Assembly: GCA_024626585.2 (NCBI GenBank)
Contig: JANKJI020000001.1
Coordinates: forward strand, 5,353,674-5,379,378
DNA length: 25,705 nt
Reading direction: 5' to 3'
Source: Ginkgo biloba
Taxonomy: Eukaryota; Plantae; Ginkgophyta
In this document: positions 1 through 11,655 of the stretch, piece after piece
How positions within the stretch are numbered: position 1 is the stretch's first letter
How the letters are laid out: each line of letters opens with the position of its first letter
Made by a program: the position numbers and the translations under genes
Notes under the pieces: generated by a model
What the model saw: only the letters and a program-made list of their open reading frames with translations
Told to the model about the DNA's origin: nothing
Database searches by the model: none

Positions 1-1372
1 TAGCTATCATCAGATTTGGATTCACGAAGGAGATGAGTGGACTACTGCCTTCCAAACCAAGGATGGTTTATACGAGTGGGTGGTAATGTCGTTTGGAATA
101 TCCAATGCTCCAGCTACCTTCATGAGAACAATGAACCAGGTATTTAGACCATACATTGGAAAGTTCATTATAATTTATTTTGATGACATCTTGATTTTCA
201 GTCGAAACATGGAGGAGCATGTAGAACACTTAAGAATGATGTTTGACATACTTAGGGCAGAAAGGTTGTTCATCAACCTTGAAAAAACTGAGTTTTGCAA
301 AGATAAGTTTGAATTCCTCGGGAGTGTGATTTCAACTGATGGATTGAGCATGGATTCGAAAAAATTTAAGGCGATTCTACAATGTCCTACTCCTCAAAAT
401 ATCACAGAACTAAGGAGCTTCCATGGAATGGTGAACTTCTACAAGAAGTTCATTAGGAATTTTAGTGGTATAAGTGCACCCTTGACTGATTGCACAAGAG
501 GGAAAGTCTCCAGGCAATGGGTTGGTTGCATTTGAGTAAATAAAGAGTGAGCATGCGGATGATTCATACTTTATTTCCTCAACCTGCTGAGATGCTTAGT
601 TGGAGACAACCCTAGGCAATGGGATTTGGTATTATCCCAAGGTGAATTTGCCTATAATTCTAGCAATAATAGGTCATTTGCCTATAATTCTAGCAATAAT
701 AGGTCGACAGGTAAATCTGCATTTCAAATTGTTTATGGTGTAAATCCTAAAGGAATTACGGACTTAATTGATCTGTGAGTAGGCCCATAAGTCAGTCGAG
801 ATGCTGCAAATTTTGTAGAGAGTATTTGAGATGTGCACCAACAGGTTTGGCACAAATTGCAAGAAATGAATGAACAATAAAAGAAGAGCGTCGATTTGTA
901 TAGGAGGGAAAAAGTCTTCCAGGAAGGAGAGTTGGTCATGGTACATTTGCGTAAGGAGTGATATCCTCAAGGTTCTTACAACAAATTAAAACCCAAGAAA
1001 ATTGGTCCTTGTCGAATATTGGAGAGGATTAATGACAATGCCTATGTGATCGACTTGCCTAAGGATTTGGACATTAGTCTTATTTGTATTGTGTTTGATC
1101 TTTATTCGCATTGCCTTGGTACAAATTATGATCAAAGGGACAAGGAAGATATCGAATGGGAAAAGCACCTGCCAAAGAAGAAAAGAGAACAGGCTAAAAG
1201 GGTGCTAGACACTAAGTTCACTACTACAAGGTCCCAAACATATAAAATATATTTTGTTAAATGGGAAGGCTTGCGAGATTCCTATAATACTTGGATCACA
1301 GAAGCTAATTTGCTTAAGTCTAGTAGAATAACCCCAGCATATGACTTTGAACCAAGAGATTCAAAATTTTAA
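1..1372 (+). mobile_element. Ty3/Gypsy chromovirus (CRM-like) pol remnant: RT, RH-IN linker, integrase C-terminus and chromodomain; internally deleted pseudogene
   Basis: RT motifs [40 protein letters not shown]...[10 protein letters not shown] (1-500). Linker LVAFE*IKSEHADDSYF (522-572). Integrase tail NLLRCLVGDNPRQWDLVLSQGEFAYN (581 onward) and GPY/F-like [21 protein letters not shown]. Chromodomain [18 protein letters not shown]. Several stops. Confidence 0.93.
646..705 (+). repeat. Exact 30-bp tandem duplication (2 copies) inside integrase remnant
   Basis: atttgcctataattctagcaataataggtc at 646-675 and again at 676-705. Confidence 0.97.
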
Positions 1373-1607
1373 AAAAGATGGGGTGGATGATGCACTACAT
1401 AATTTGGAACGAATAAACTTCTCCACCATATTGTTAGGTTAGTTCAGAAATTGGGGGAAAATGTCTTTCTAATAATAACAGTCATTGGAACTGCCCTATT
1501 TTGAGGGGAAAATGAAAACTAGGTGTTTATTGTAGGATAGATTATATTTGCTAGTCATTTTGGATTAGAAAATATAGCAGAGATAGTGATAAGGAGTCTC
1601 GATGGCT
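1371..1607 (+). mobile_element. Polypurine tract and start of 3' LTR of the CRM-like element
   Basis: aaaaaagatggggtgga (1371-1387) directly after the pol stop, followed by TGATG at 1388, the typical CRM LTR start. The LTR runs into a gap, so its end is not defined. Confidence 0.75.
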
Positions 1608-2264
1608 NNNNNNNNNNNNNNNNNNNNNNNNNNNNNNNNNNNNNNNNNNNNNNNNNNNNNNNNNNNNNNNNNNNNNNNNNNNNNNNNNNNNNNNNNNNNN
1701 NNNNNNNNNNNNNNNNNNNNNNNNNNNNNNNNNNNNNNNNNNNNNNNNNNNNNNNNNNNNNNNNNNNNNNNNNNNNNNNNNNNNNNNNNNNNNNNNNNNN
1801 NNNNNNNNNNNNNNNNNNNNNNNNNNNNNNNNNNNNNNNNNNNNNNNNNNNNNNNNNNNNNNNNNNNNNNNNNNNNNNNNNNNNNNNNNNNNNNNNNNNN
1901 NNNNNNNNNNNNNNNNNNNNNNNNNNNNNNNNNNNNNNNNNNNNNCAATCTTTCTGTTTTTGTATACCTATGTTTACTAATTCCACTCAACACTTCAAAT
2001 GATTTGATTAGAGAATAAGAAATCAAGAATGAATGAGATAGAGTCAAAGGGAATGACTAAAACACTAAAGGTAACTATGTCTCTAAGATGATTGTAAGGG
2101 GGAAAAGGAAACAACAATTCACTTGCACAAACAAGAAGTTAGGAACAAAGTGGAAATTTTATTTAGCATGTGAAAAATGAGGAATAAAGTTGATATAATT
2201 CAATATGCGTGAGTAAGATTGAAGGCCTCTGCACATGACGATGGAAAGCACACATTTTATTTAA

Positions 2265-2489
2265 TTATTGCGCTTTGAAGTCCAAAATCACAACTCTTTT
2301 CCCATCACTTGTTGCGGCCATTGCTCTTCGTTGAATTTCACTGATGTTTTGTATGTATTACAATAGTAAGAATAATAATGTTGCTTTGAAATCTATTCAA
2401 CAGACTAAAGCTTGCCACAAGTTCTTTGACATCTGTTTAACGCTAGAAATTTTCTCCACATTGATATGATCATCAGTTCCATCAATTTC
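2265..2489 (-). pseudogene. Possible decayed coding fragment of unknown origin
   Basis: A single frame reads EIDGTDDHINVEKISSVKQMSKNLWQALVC*IDFKATLLFLLL*YIQNISEIQRRAMAATSDGKRVVILDFKAQ*. Protein-like, but the family is not recognised. Confidence 0.25.
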
Positions 2490-3639
2490 CANNNNNNNNN
2501 NNNNNNCTTATTCATGTACGTTCTTCCTATGTTGTGATGCAGGGAAAACACTTTGATAGTCATGGCACCGACTCCATTTTGACTCTCATGTGTGAAGGCT
2601 ATGAGATAGATTGAAATGCATCCATTGGTGATGCAATGGTGGATATCAATGTGGCATCCATATAACCTAAATGGAATATCAATTGTACTCTCAACAATAT
2701 AAAATGATAAAAGATGGCACACATGACTACATGTAAATAACCATGTGATGTTGGTTAAAACGCACAACAAGGAAGCATGTTCAAGTTTATTGAATTGAAA
2801 AGGCTTAGATAATGGTAAAGCTAATTAAACTCTCTCTTTCACTTTGTAGAACGATTCTCGTTTAAGCATAATTTCTTGTTTGAGGGGGTAAACGATAATA
2901 TATAACAATTTATTTTTACAAAAGGGGAATATCTCATTTAGGGTTTCTTCAAGTTGTTGCAAACTACATTATGCTCCACATCCTAGAATGGCTTTAAATG
3001 CTTATGGCTCACAAGTTCAAACCATTAAGCTTCTTAATTTATATTGAACTCGTAAATTTTCCAAGCAGATCTAGGCATGTGACATATAGAAGCTTGGTTG
3101 AAAATTGTTTAATGTTTCTGTACAAAATCTGCAATTTGAAACTTAGATACGATCACAACTTTGGATACACTCTGCAACTGACACACACAAATTGAAATAT
3201 GCCTTGCCCAAGACTGGATCTCATTGTCATTCTAATTGCCTGTTAAGATGGATGCGACATCGCATTTGTTGTGATTGGATGATCTAATGAAGGGATTGAA
3301 AATCGAGGATGATCAATAGAGTGCTGTCAAACCCATTCCTTGTGATCTACTTATCATCATCGTAAATTTCAGAGAGGTGCATGCAATTATTCCTGTTGTA
3401 ATTCACCTCAAAATTTTTTTTTTCAAATGTAAACTGAAATACTGTTAACAATAAATTGGAAACTAAATAGTGTTTTCTTATGAACAAAGCAAGAGTTGTC
3501 CTATCATTGTGAACAATCCATAATCCATGCCAATATGNNNNNNNNNNNNNNNNNNNNNNNNNNNNNNNNNNNNNNNNNNNNNNNNNNNNNNNNNNNNNNN
3601 NNNNNNNNNNNNNNNNNNNNNNNNNNNNNNNNNNNNNCT

Positions 3640-4650
3640 TCATTTATCTTGTATTTGCTTCGATTATCTTGAGTACATGTTTGTTTTGAGAATCTAACTT
3701 ATGGAATTTATTCATGCATTCATGAAAGTGGTATAATATTCTATCAGATTCTCAACATTGATCTATTTTCACACATGTTTAGTTGAAATAATATCATTTT
3801 TTGGGTTACATGTGACATAGGAGAAACCCACAGTATCTAGTTTATAAAAACTCATAGTGTTGATAGAGAAAGCTACTATGCAACTTGAGAATGTTACACC
3901 TCTTCTCCTGAGAGATGAAATTGAGTTTCAAAGTAGAAATTTAGCCATGGATAGAGATAACCAGGGTCACTTAGAGTTGAATAATCTTACTAAGTAGTTC
4001 AAAAAGTGATACAAGAGTATTGAAATTTAGTGATTTCAAGTTCTTGAATCACTTCCATATTAGTAAAGATTTTTCCTTCAAAATTATTTTATTAAGAGTA
4101 CATCAATTAGTATCAAATTAGTCACTCTTTTGGGGTGAGAAGTTTATTTTGCATACTTTATCCATTTCTAGAAAAAAAATCTTTCTTATGGTAGGTTCAA
4201 GATCTATGTCTAGAACTATAGGCTTAGGTACAAAGAATGATAATGTTCCAAATGAAGCAAATAAAGAGATATAAAGGCCTCTATTGAATCCTTTCATAGT
4301 CATGCCAACCTCTAAAGAAGAGGAAAGTAATCAATTAATTCAGTTGGAGGAGTTTCTCAAGGAGCCTCTTGAGGACCAAGTAGATCAAATTCAAACCATG
4401 ATACACAAAATAAAGCACAAGCAAAGGGACGCTTAAAAGGTGATGTTAGGGATTGTCACTCTCATGCAGTAAATGCAAGCTTAAATTGCATCATTAAGAG
4501 CAACTTATTTAGTGGTTCCACCACTAGTGATGTCTTATTAATAACCTCCTCATGTTAATTTTGTATCTATTTCTTCTCATAATATTATACCTCCTCCTTA
4601 TTCTATTATAAGTCAAACTTTAGGACTAAACCCTTTTAGGGTGGAGTCTA
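3640..4650 (+). mobile_element. Highly decayed LTR-retrotransposon 5' region (possible LTR end near 3810 plus gag N-terminal-like coding)
   Basis: ...ttgggttaca (CA end at 3810) followed by stop-riddled, charged, gag-like frames (MDRDNQGH..., MPTSKEEESNQLIQLEEFLKEPLEDQV). No diagnostic motif. Confidence 0.3.
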
Positions 4651-4799
4651 AAGTAAAGAAAAATTATTTGACGATAAAATGAATGTCAAGTCACTTAAAC
4701 CTCAGACTAAATACTTGTAGGTCTATTATTCATACCAAGTTTATATAAATATGTAGAAGATTATCTTTTCTTGTTTATAAATGTCCTAAGAAATAATTT

Positions 4800-6180
4800 T
4801 ATGGTGCGAGTCTTATTGCAGGGAATGTGACCAAGAGAGTTAGTATCATATTTCTTATTGGCTAGATTTTAAGGAGTTAAGGAAGAATTAATATCCTTTA
4901 GGTTACGAGAATAAATTTTATCTCAAATGGTAGCTTTTATATTAGAGAGTAGGGAAATCGTTGGATAACTACTATGAGTAGTTTAAGGACCTCTTCATTG
5001 TATTGGAGATAAGATTCCTAAGGAGAAAATGGTGCTTAAGTTTGTTTGTAGGATCTATAATTAGCTTCATCACAAGGTGGAACTATTCCCACTATAGTTT
5101 ATTTANNNNNNNNNNNNNNNNNNNNNNNNNNNNNNNNNNNNNNNNNNNNNNNNNNNNNNNNNNNNNNNNNNNNNNNNNNNNNNNNNNNNNNNNNNNNNNN
5201 NNNNNGATGTGGTTCTTCTTAGTAACATTGGGAAAATTCCCTAATCCTTTCTCAGGATTGATATGCTTCAAGTATAATTTATCCTTATGGTAGTTTTCCA
5301 TATTAATGTGGGCCCATTTATGGGTCAATCGTTCCTTCTTTCCTTATTAAAAGAGGCATATCTAAAATTTTCCTAAAGAAGGGAAACATGATAAATTTAA
5401 CTCTTTCCAACAAAATTTATATTTAATAATAGGGTTAAGTTATTCACTAAAGAGAATTTAAATGCTAAGAAATATTTGTTATATGTAAATTAGAAGGAAA
5501 TATGCCAAAATAAATATAAGAGCTATGGTTGAGGAAGAACATCTTTCAAACCAAGTTTAAGGTTGAAGGAAAATGTTTCCATATGATTATTAATAGTGAG
5601 AATTATGAGAATATGGTTTCTAAAAAATTGGTAGAGAAGTTAAATCTCAAGAAGGAATGACATCCATGGTCTTATAATCTTGGTTGGTTTCAAAAAGGCT
5701 ATAAGGTCCTAGTAAATCAAAGACATTCCACATCTTTCAATTTGAACACAGTATTCTAACTAGGAATGGTGTGATATAATGCCTATATATTCTCGTTATC
5801 TTTGTTTCATAGACCATAGAAATATGATTACAAGGTCCACTATGATGGTAATACAAATGTATATTGCTTTATGAAAAATAGGAAAAAAAAAATTAGATTA
5901 TTTCAATGAGGGAAACAAAATAAAGAGGGGTCTTATTATCTACAAAAGAATTCTTAAAGAGTGTAAAAGAAGAGGATGAATGCTATGCATTAGTTGCAAA
6001 TAGAGTTTAGGAGAAAAAACTAATGGAATACCTACCAAATGAGTTTATGGAATCAACAAAAGAGTATAGAGATTGAATGCCCATAGATTGAGTTGCCTCA
6101 TAGAGTTTCGTCATTAAAGAATATTACCCATCATACAAATCTCAGAGTAAACTATCTAGGCGATAGATGGGAAGTCATCT
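4800..6180 (+). mobile_element. Ty3/Gypsy CRM-like gag-protease remnant
   Basis: Gag core WLDFKELRKN*YPLGYENKFYLKW*...GKSLDNYYE*F (~4855-5000); degenerate knuckle ICFKYN. Protease RKNIFQTKFKVEGKCFHMIINSENYENMVSKKLVEKLNL..HPWSYNLGWF (from 5532), then WCDIMP and a V.YDGNTN.Y motif. Many stops and frameshifts; spans a gap. Confidence 0.85.
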
Positions 6181-6309
6181 ATGCCTCTATATTACTCCAA
6201 CAAAGTTAGNNNNNNNNNNNNNNNNNNNNNNNNNNNNNNNNNNNNNNNNNNNNNNNNNNNNNNNNNNNNNNNNNNNNNNNNNNNNNNNNNNNNNNNNNNN
6301 NNNNNNNNN

Positions 6310-7175
6310 AGTTTAATGGAAAGACAATTTTTCTTAATATGGTGGTATTGATTCAAGACCTTGACTATAATATTCTTTTGCACCACCCCTGGATAGATGA
6401 GATGAAGGCCATTATTTTGGCCTTTTTTATGGAGATCTACCAAGGTGAGATCCAAAAGGTCCAACAGATATATCATTTTTTTCCTAGTTAGTCCTCTATG
6501 ACTGCTATTATATCCTTGGTGGATTTCACTTAGGATNNNNNNNNNNNNNNNNNNNNNNNNNNNNNNNNNNNNNNNNNNNNNNNNNNNNNNNNNNNNNNNN
6601 NNNNNNNNNNNNNNNNNNNNNNNNNNNNNNNNNNNNNNNNNNNNNNNNTATGGTTGATATTATCTATCATAATGTTGATACCATTAAGGAAGGGGAGGAA
6701 ATTCCACAGTCTTCTTCCTGTAATTATTTTGAATCTAATCTCAATGATTCTTAGGAAGATCTTAATCCCACTATTGATCAATGCACTCTAGATATTGAAT
6801 TTAGTGGTCTCCCCCCCTACACTAGACCATTTCAAGGAAGGAAATGATATGTTGATAGAACCCACTATTAACATCGAGTTGGGTATAGCNNNNNNNNNNN
6901 NNNNNNNNNNNNNNNNNNNNNNNNTTATTAAGCTTGGGGCTAGTTGCTCCTCGAAAGTGATTGAGAAATATACTTAATTAGTTCATGAGTCTCATGATGT
7001 CTCTGCATGATAACATAGTGACATAAAGGGGATGGACCTAAATTTCATCTTTCATAATATCGTAACTATTACCAATGCAAATCCTTTTCACCAAAAACAA
7101 TGTCTATTAGCTCCCAAGTTATAATCTATGGTGAACAAGGAAGTTCAAATATTGGTCAAAGTGGGATTTATTACA
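6310..7175 (+). mobile_element. Ty3/Gypsy Tat/Ogre-like protease to pre-RT remnant
   Basis: DLDYNILLHHPWIDEMKAI (matches YNILLGRPWIHEMKAV); EPTINIELG..IKLGASCS..KYT*LVHESHDVSA**HSDIKGMDLNFIFHNI; KEVQILVKVGFI. Spans two gaps. Confidence 0.8.
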
Positions 7176-7399
7176 TAATGGGCATAGAGACTCCCTTATG
7201 TATATCATATAATTTGCATGATGCTTCACATTGGGGCTTATATATTCAAAATGGAGCCTCACTTATCCTAACCCTACCTGACCCTTAAACCTAACCCTAT
7301 CACAATCTCTTAGAACACTACTATGGTTGCCCTTATAAACTTAGGTCAATGGTTTGCATGCACTTATCCCCGCACAATTACATAGTTATATACATATGT

Positions 7400-8610
7400 T
7401 GGTGTACACAACATTTAGTTCCAATGCCAAAATGAGATCAAGGCCAATTGATTGGTGGTCCAAGATCGTCTGTAGATTACCCTCTTTCTTGAGAGGTTTG
7501 AGTAGGCAATTTATTGCTACAAGGAGGAAAATTGATAGAACCATTTCTAGGGATCTTGCTTTCGGTAGACAGGAGTTGGAAGCTTCCCATCATGATGAAG
7601 CCTGGTACAAGAGAGTTGTTGCATCATTGCAAGCACTAGGCTTATTGAGTTAAAAAAGCCCAATGAGCCCAAATTATAGCTAGACTTCATCAGTTAAAAG
7701 TAGTTAACAAAGCCTCTAAGCTACTCTTTCAGGCTCTTAAAACAAAGCATGCCATCGAGCTAATTTATGCCATTAAGATAGAGGAGGGTAGAATCACTTC
7801 CTAGCTTGCCATACTTAAAGCCTTCACTAAGCACTTCATCGAAGTCTTGACTGAGGTAAGAACAAGTGTGATTCGGGCCTGGCAAGAGGTTTTCTTGGTC
7901 AAAGTTAGCCATGCTAACAGAGTTGCTTGTTATTGGTATATTATCTTGTAGGATTTAAAAGATTCCCTAATGGTGGTGGCAAATGAGAAATCTCTTGGGC
8001 TAGATGGCTCTCTTTGTGAATTGTATAAAACAACTTGGGACTCGTTGGTCTTGATCTTCTCAAAGTTTTATAGGAAGCCATCAAGGCAAGAACTTTAGGG
8101 TTAAGCATTAACCAAGGGAATATCAAGTTGACCAGTTGACCCCTAGGGCTAGAGGTCTTGAAACCATATTTAGTTGGAGGCCTATAAACTTGCAAAATTC
8201 TTGCCAAGGTTATAGCCAAGAGAGTCGACCATCTATTGCTTGTGATTGTTTGGCTTGAGCGAATAGGGTTTATTATGGAAGGTATACTTTAGATCATTCA
8301 AAAGTTGTGTGGGAAGTTAGGAGCTTGCTAGACAGTATGATCAAGATACTTTATTTATCAAGCTTGATTTTTAAGAGGCATATGCTAGATTTGAGCAACC
8401 TTTTATTATTGTTATGTATTCCTCTCTTAGCTTTGGGAACTATTGTAAAGGGTTATCTCGACTCTTTTTTTTAGATGCTTTTGCTTGCATAATGATTAAT
8501 GGAGCTAGGGCTAGCGTGACTAGCCTTCATAGATCCATCAAACAAGTTTGCCCTATGGCTCTGGTCTTTGTATGCTTGCAACTGATTCATTAGGTTATTT
8601 TATTGCCCAA
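7400..8610 (+). mobile_element. Non-LTR retrotransposon (L1/Tx1-like LINE) ORF2 RT remnant
   Basis: KSLGLDGSLCELYKTTWD (KSPGPDG motif), INQGNIKL, WRPI, KILAKVIAKRV, FIKLDF*EAY, MINGA...LHRSIKQVCPMA (RQGCPL motif). Heavily decayed. Confidence 0.88.
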
Positions 8611-8710
8611 NNNNNNNNNNNNNNNNNNNNNNNNNNNNNNNNNNNNNNNNNNNNNNNNNNNNNNNNNNNNNNNNNNNNNNNNNNNNNNNNNNNNNNNNNN
8701 NNNNNNNNNN

Positions 8711-8917
8711 ACAACTTTTGCTTTTGCATTCCGATTTTTGTGAATAAGATATCGTTGCGAAGCTCTTAATGTCTACTTTCTGAATATGCAAAAGCCTGCT
8801 CCAAAATTGCATAAATTTGTAAAGAATTTGATTGCAATTAGACTGTGCTATTTTCTAAAATTTGCATACTGTATTCACTCTTTTTGAGTCATAACCATCC
8901 ACGGATCACTACCTTCA
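8711..8917 (+). mobile_element. Probable LTR 3' end fragment (Copia-like)
   Basis: Non-coding, T-rich, ending ...tgtattcactc...actaccttca, resembling plant Copia LTR U5 ends. No intact PBS follows. Confidence 0.35.
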
Positions 8918-10104
8918 AGAGGGTATTTGTTTTTGAAAACAAATCTTGGATGCAAGCTATCATGTTATGGCCTTCATTATGGACCATTTGTTTTCAAGGT
9001 TGATTTTCAAAATTCTTAGGGCAAGTTTGTTATCGGAGAAAATTTCACCACCCAAACATGATCTTTTTATATGATCATGTGTACAAAGCTCTTTGTGCAG
9101 GAAATCGTTTTGTAGTGCATTACGTTTGATATAGTGAAAAGCCCTTTATACCCTCATTCCATGTTTTGACACTATAATGACAATACTATGAACTTAGCTT
9201 GTGAATGAAATTTTCTAGGCACTAAGACAATATGGATCCCTATATAAATGGTTTTATTGACATTAACTATGCTTTTCAAGTACTTGAATTCAAAACATCT
9301 ATTTTTCCTATTGTATTGTCACAAAGATCAATCACATCCTAGTTTTTCAGCTTCCAATTTGCCCTAGGATTGTTGTGGCCTTCATTGGTGAAAGCTATAA
9401 ACTAAATTACATATTGTATGGTTTTTAAGCCAAAGGAGAGTATAACAATCAAAACCTTACATTAACAATTTCTTCTAGAGCTTGAGGGAAGATATTCACA
9501 GTCGTTTTGAAATTTTCCATCTAGAGCCTATTGAAATTCTATTTTTCCAATTATAAGTTTATTAATGATTAACATTATCCAATCCTTTCAAATCACAACC
9601 ATTAAATGCGCATATTTCAAAGAAAAATGGATTGTTACTCTTTACCTTTAAATCTTGAATTCCACTCGATTGATAGCTCGACTTCTGCATCTCTAGTAAT
9701 AAGAGATGATACAAAATTTTATAAGTAATGCCAACTTCAACGCTTCTCATTTATATTTGAAGAAGTCATAGATNNNNNNNNNNNNNNNNNNNNNNNNNNN
9801 NNNNNNNNNNNNNNNNNNNNNNNNNNNNNNNNNNNNNNNNNNNNNNNNNNNNNNNNNNNNNNNNNNNNNNNNNNNNNNNNNNNNNNNNNNNNNNNNNNNN
9901 NNNNNNNNNNNNNNNNNNNNNNNNNNNNNNNNNNNNNNNNNNNNNNNNNNNNNNNNNNNNNNNNNNNNNNNNNNATGAGCAAATAAAAGAAAGTTGAGAA
10001 TTAAAAATCAAATGGCCAAATTATGGAAAGATAAATGAACCTGAAGACTAATACTAATGCTAAAACCAACATCAAAACAAGAAAGAGTTCATGACACCAA
10101 AACA

Positions 10105-10186
10105 TGGCCTATGTGGGATTTGAATCATCTTTGTATTGTTTTCATTGGCACCAATCTAAAGGTTAGTGGACTATCATCCTTGTGCC
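10105..10186 (-). pseudogene. Degenerate tRNA-like/SINE head (tRNA-Leu-like)
   Basis: The minus strand has a B-box/T-arm-like gattcaaatcccac and a hairpin cactaa-cctttaga-ttggtg in the anticodon position. The cloverleaf is incomplete. Confidence 0.25.
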
Positions 10187-11069
10187 TTTTGTCAAGTTCA
10201 AATTTTAAACAGTAACTTCTGCAATTTCTAACCATAAAAGGTACTACTTGAGTTCCCAAACAATACCAATATACCCAACTGCCCAAACATCAGGTCCCCT
10301 AAACACATGACATAGCTAGGCTACCAAAACATAACCCTATACTGAGTTAGTATAGAATCCAATCTTACCCAAGCTTATACTAAAAAGTGAAACTTGTACA
10401 TTTTGGAGTTAGGGTTGCCATATACACATAGAGCCGCCCAATCAATGGCATCTTGCTACATATTATTAGTGTAAATGACAATGTAATGTATCAAATAAAT
10501 GCTCAATTGGATTTGAGTGAGGGTGAGGACAAGTGTTTGCTACACTTATATTAGTGCTATGGCTATGACACTAATCAAATTAGTAGAGGTAACCCATTGA
10601 GTAAGTTGTGATCACTTTTGTGAAAATCAGTTGCATAACCTTCAACTTGATAAATGGAATTTTTGGCAATATGATTGGTTTATTTTGTAAATATTAAATT
10701 TTTTTATTTATAACCCAAATTTCGTGAGACTATGCCTCATTAACTAAAATAACTTCAACTTATTTTTCTTGCTATCCTAGTTGTCATTGGTCCACCCGAC
10801 AATGCTCTAGGTCTTTGCTTTAAGCTCCCTATGATAGGTCCACCTGCTAAACCTACTGTTAAATTCAACCACCTCATGAAACATACATTGTAGTTTGAGG
10901 AACACATCCAACTCTGTGTTTCTTCCTTATAAGCCTTGTGCCACTAGATGTAATGGAGGCTCCTATGCTCATCTTCTTAGTCTTCCTTGTCCTTTTTCTC
11001 TCGTTTAATTCCTTAACTATCCAAATAAGTTGAACCCTTTTTTAACACTAATTTATTTCTTCCCTTTTT

Positions 11070-11354
11070 CTCACTTTTGACTTTTGGAATTCCAAAAATT
11101 TCAAAACTCTGTTTGATTCCGTTTCGGATCCATTTGGTTCAGATTTTAAGGTGTTGGACAATATTCACTTCAGAGTACCCAAATTCTCGAAGTCCTGAAA
11201 CCACTGTGCACTTTCCACCCTTTGTTGAGTTACAGAATCAAAAAATCCATAAACTGCATTGTATGATATTTCGGGTCCTCGGAGTTCGAAATGTTGACTA
11301 GGTGAGCCTCTTTTTGTGTCTTTGAAAAAGCCTGAAGTCCGATAGCTGAGACTT
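11070..11354. repeat. Decayed dispersed repeat with ttcgg(a/g)tcc and gaagtcc motifs, resembling abundant conifer retroelement-associated repeats
   Basis: Locally CpG-richer, with recurring ttcggatcc/ttcgggtcc and gaagtcct/gaagtccg. Family recognised from memory only. Confidence 0.3.
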
Positions 11355-11519
11355 NNNNNNNNNNNNNNNNNNNNNNNNNNNNNNNNNNNNNNNNNNNNNN
11401 NNNNNNNNNNNNNNNNNNNNNNNNNNNNNNNNNNNNNNNNNNNNNNNNNNNNNNTGTATTGTTTTTGCAATTGTTTTTCCCTGAATACTTAGGATTTTCT
11501 AATGGTTATCTTTTTACAG

Positions 11520-11655
11520 GTACTACAATTCACTTCCTCCAGTCAGCAAGGCTTATGGAACCTTATGTCTCCTAACTACTGCAGGTTTTCACATGGGATT
11601 GATTAATCCAGATTATATTTATTTGGACTACAATCTAGTGACTAAACATCTCCAG
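11520..11655 (+). CDS. DER1: Derlin-1 coding exon (probable exon 2), 136 nt
   Basis: Acceptor tttttacAG|g. Translates (E)YYNSLPPVSKAYGTLCLLTTAGFHMGLINPDYIYLDYNLVTKHLQ with no stops, matching the plant Derlin-1 N-terminus (cf. FYNSLPPITKAYGTLC). Ends CAG|GCATGT. Confidence 0.95.

Noticed and set aside
1432-1992. Possible nested solo LTR TGTTAG...CTCAACA
   Set aside because: The flanks (catat vs cttca) do not form a TSD, and a large gap lies between the ends.
1555-2047. ORFs containing long X runs (here and at most other gaps)
   Set aside because: Artefacts of translating through N-gaps.
7262-7300. cctaaccct/taaacct telomere-like motifs
   Set aside because: Too short and irregular; no tandem CCCTAAA or CCCTAA array.
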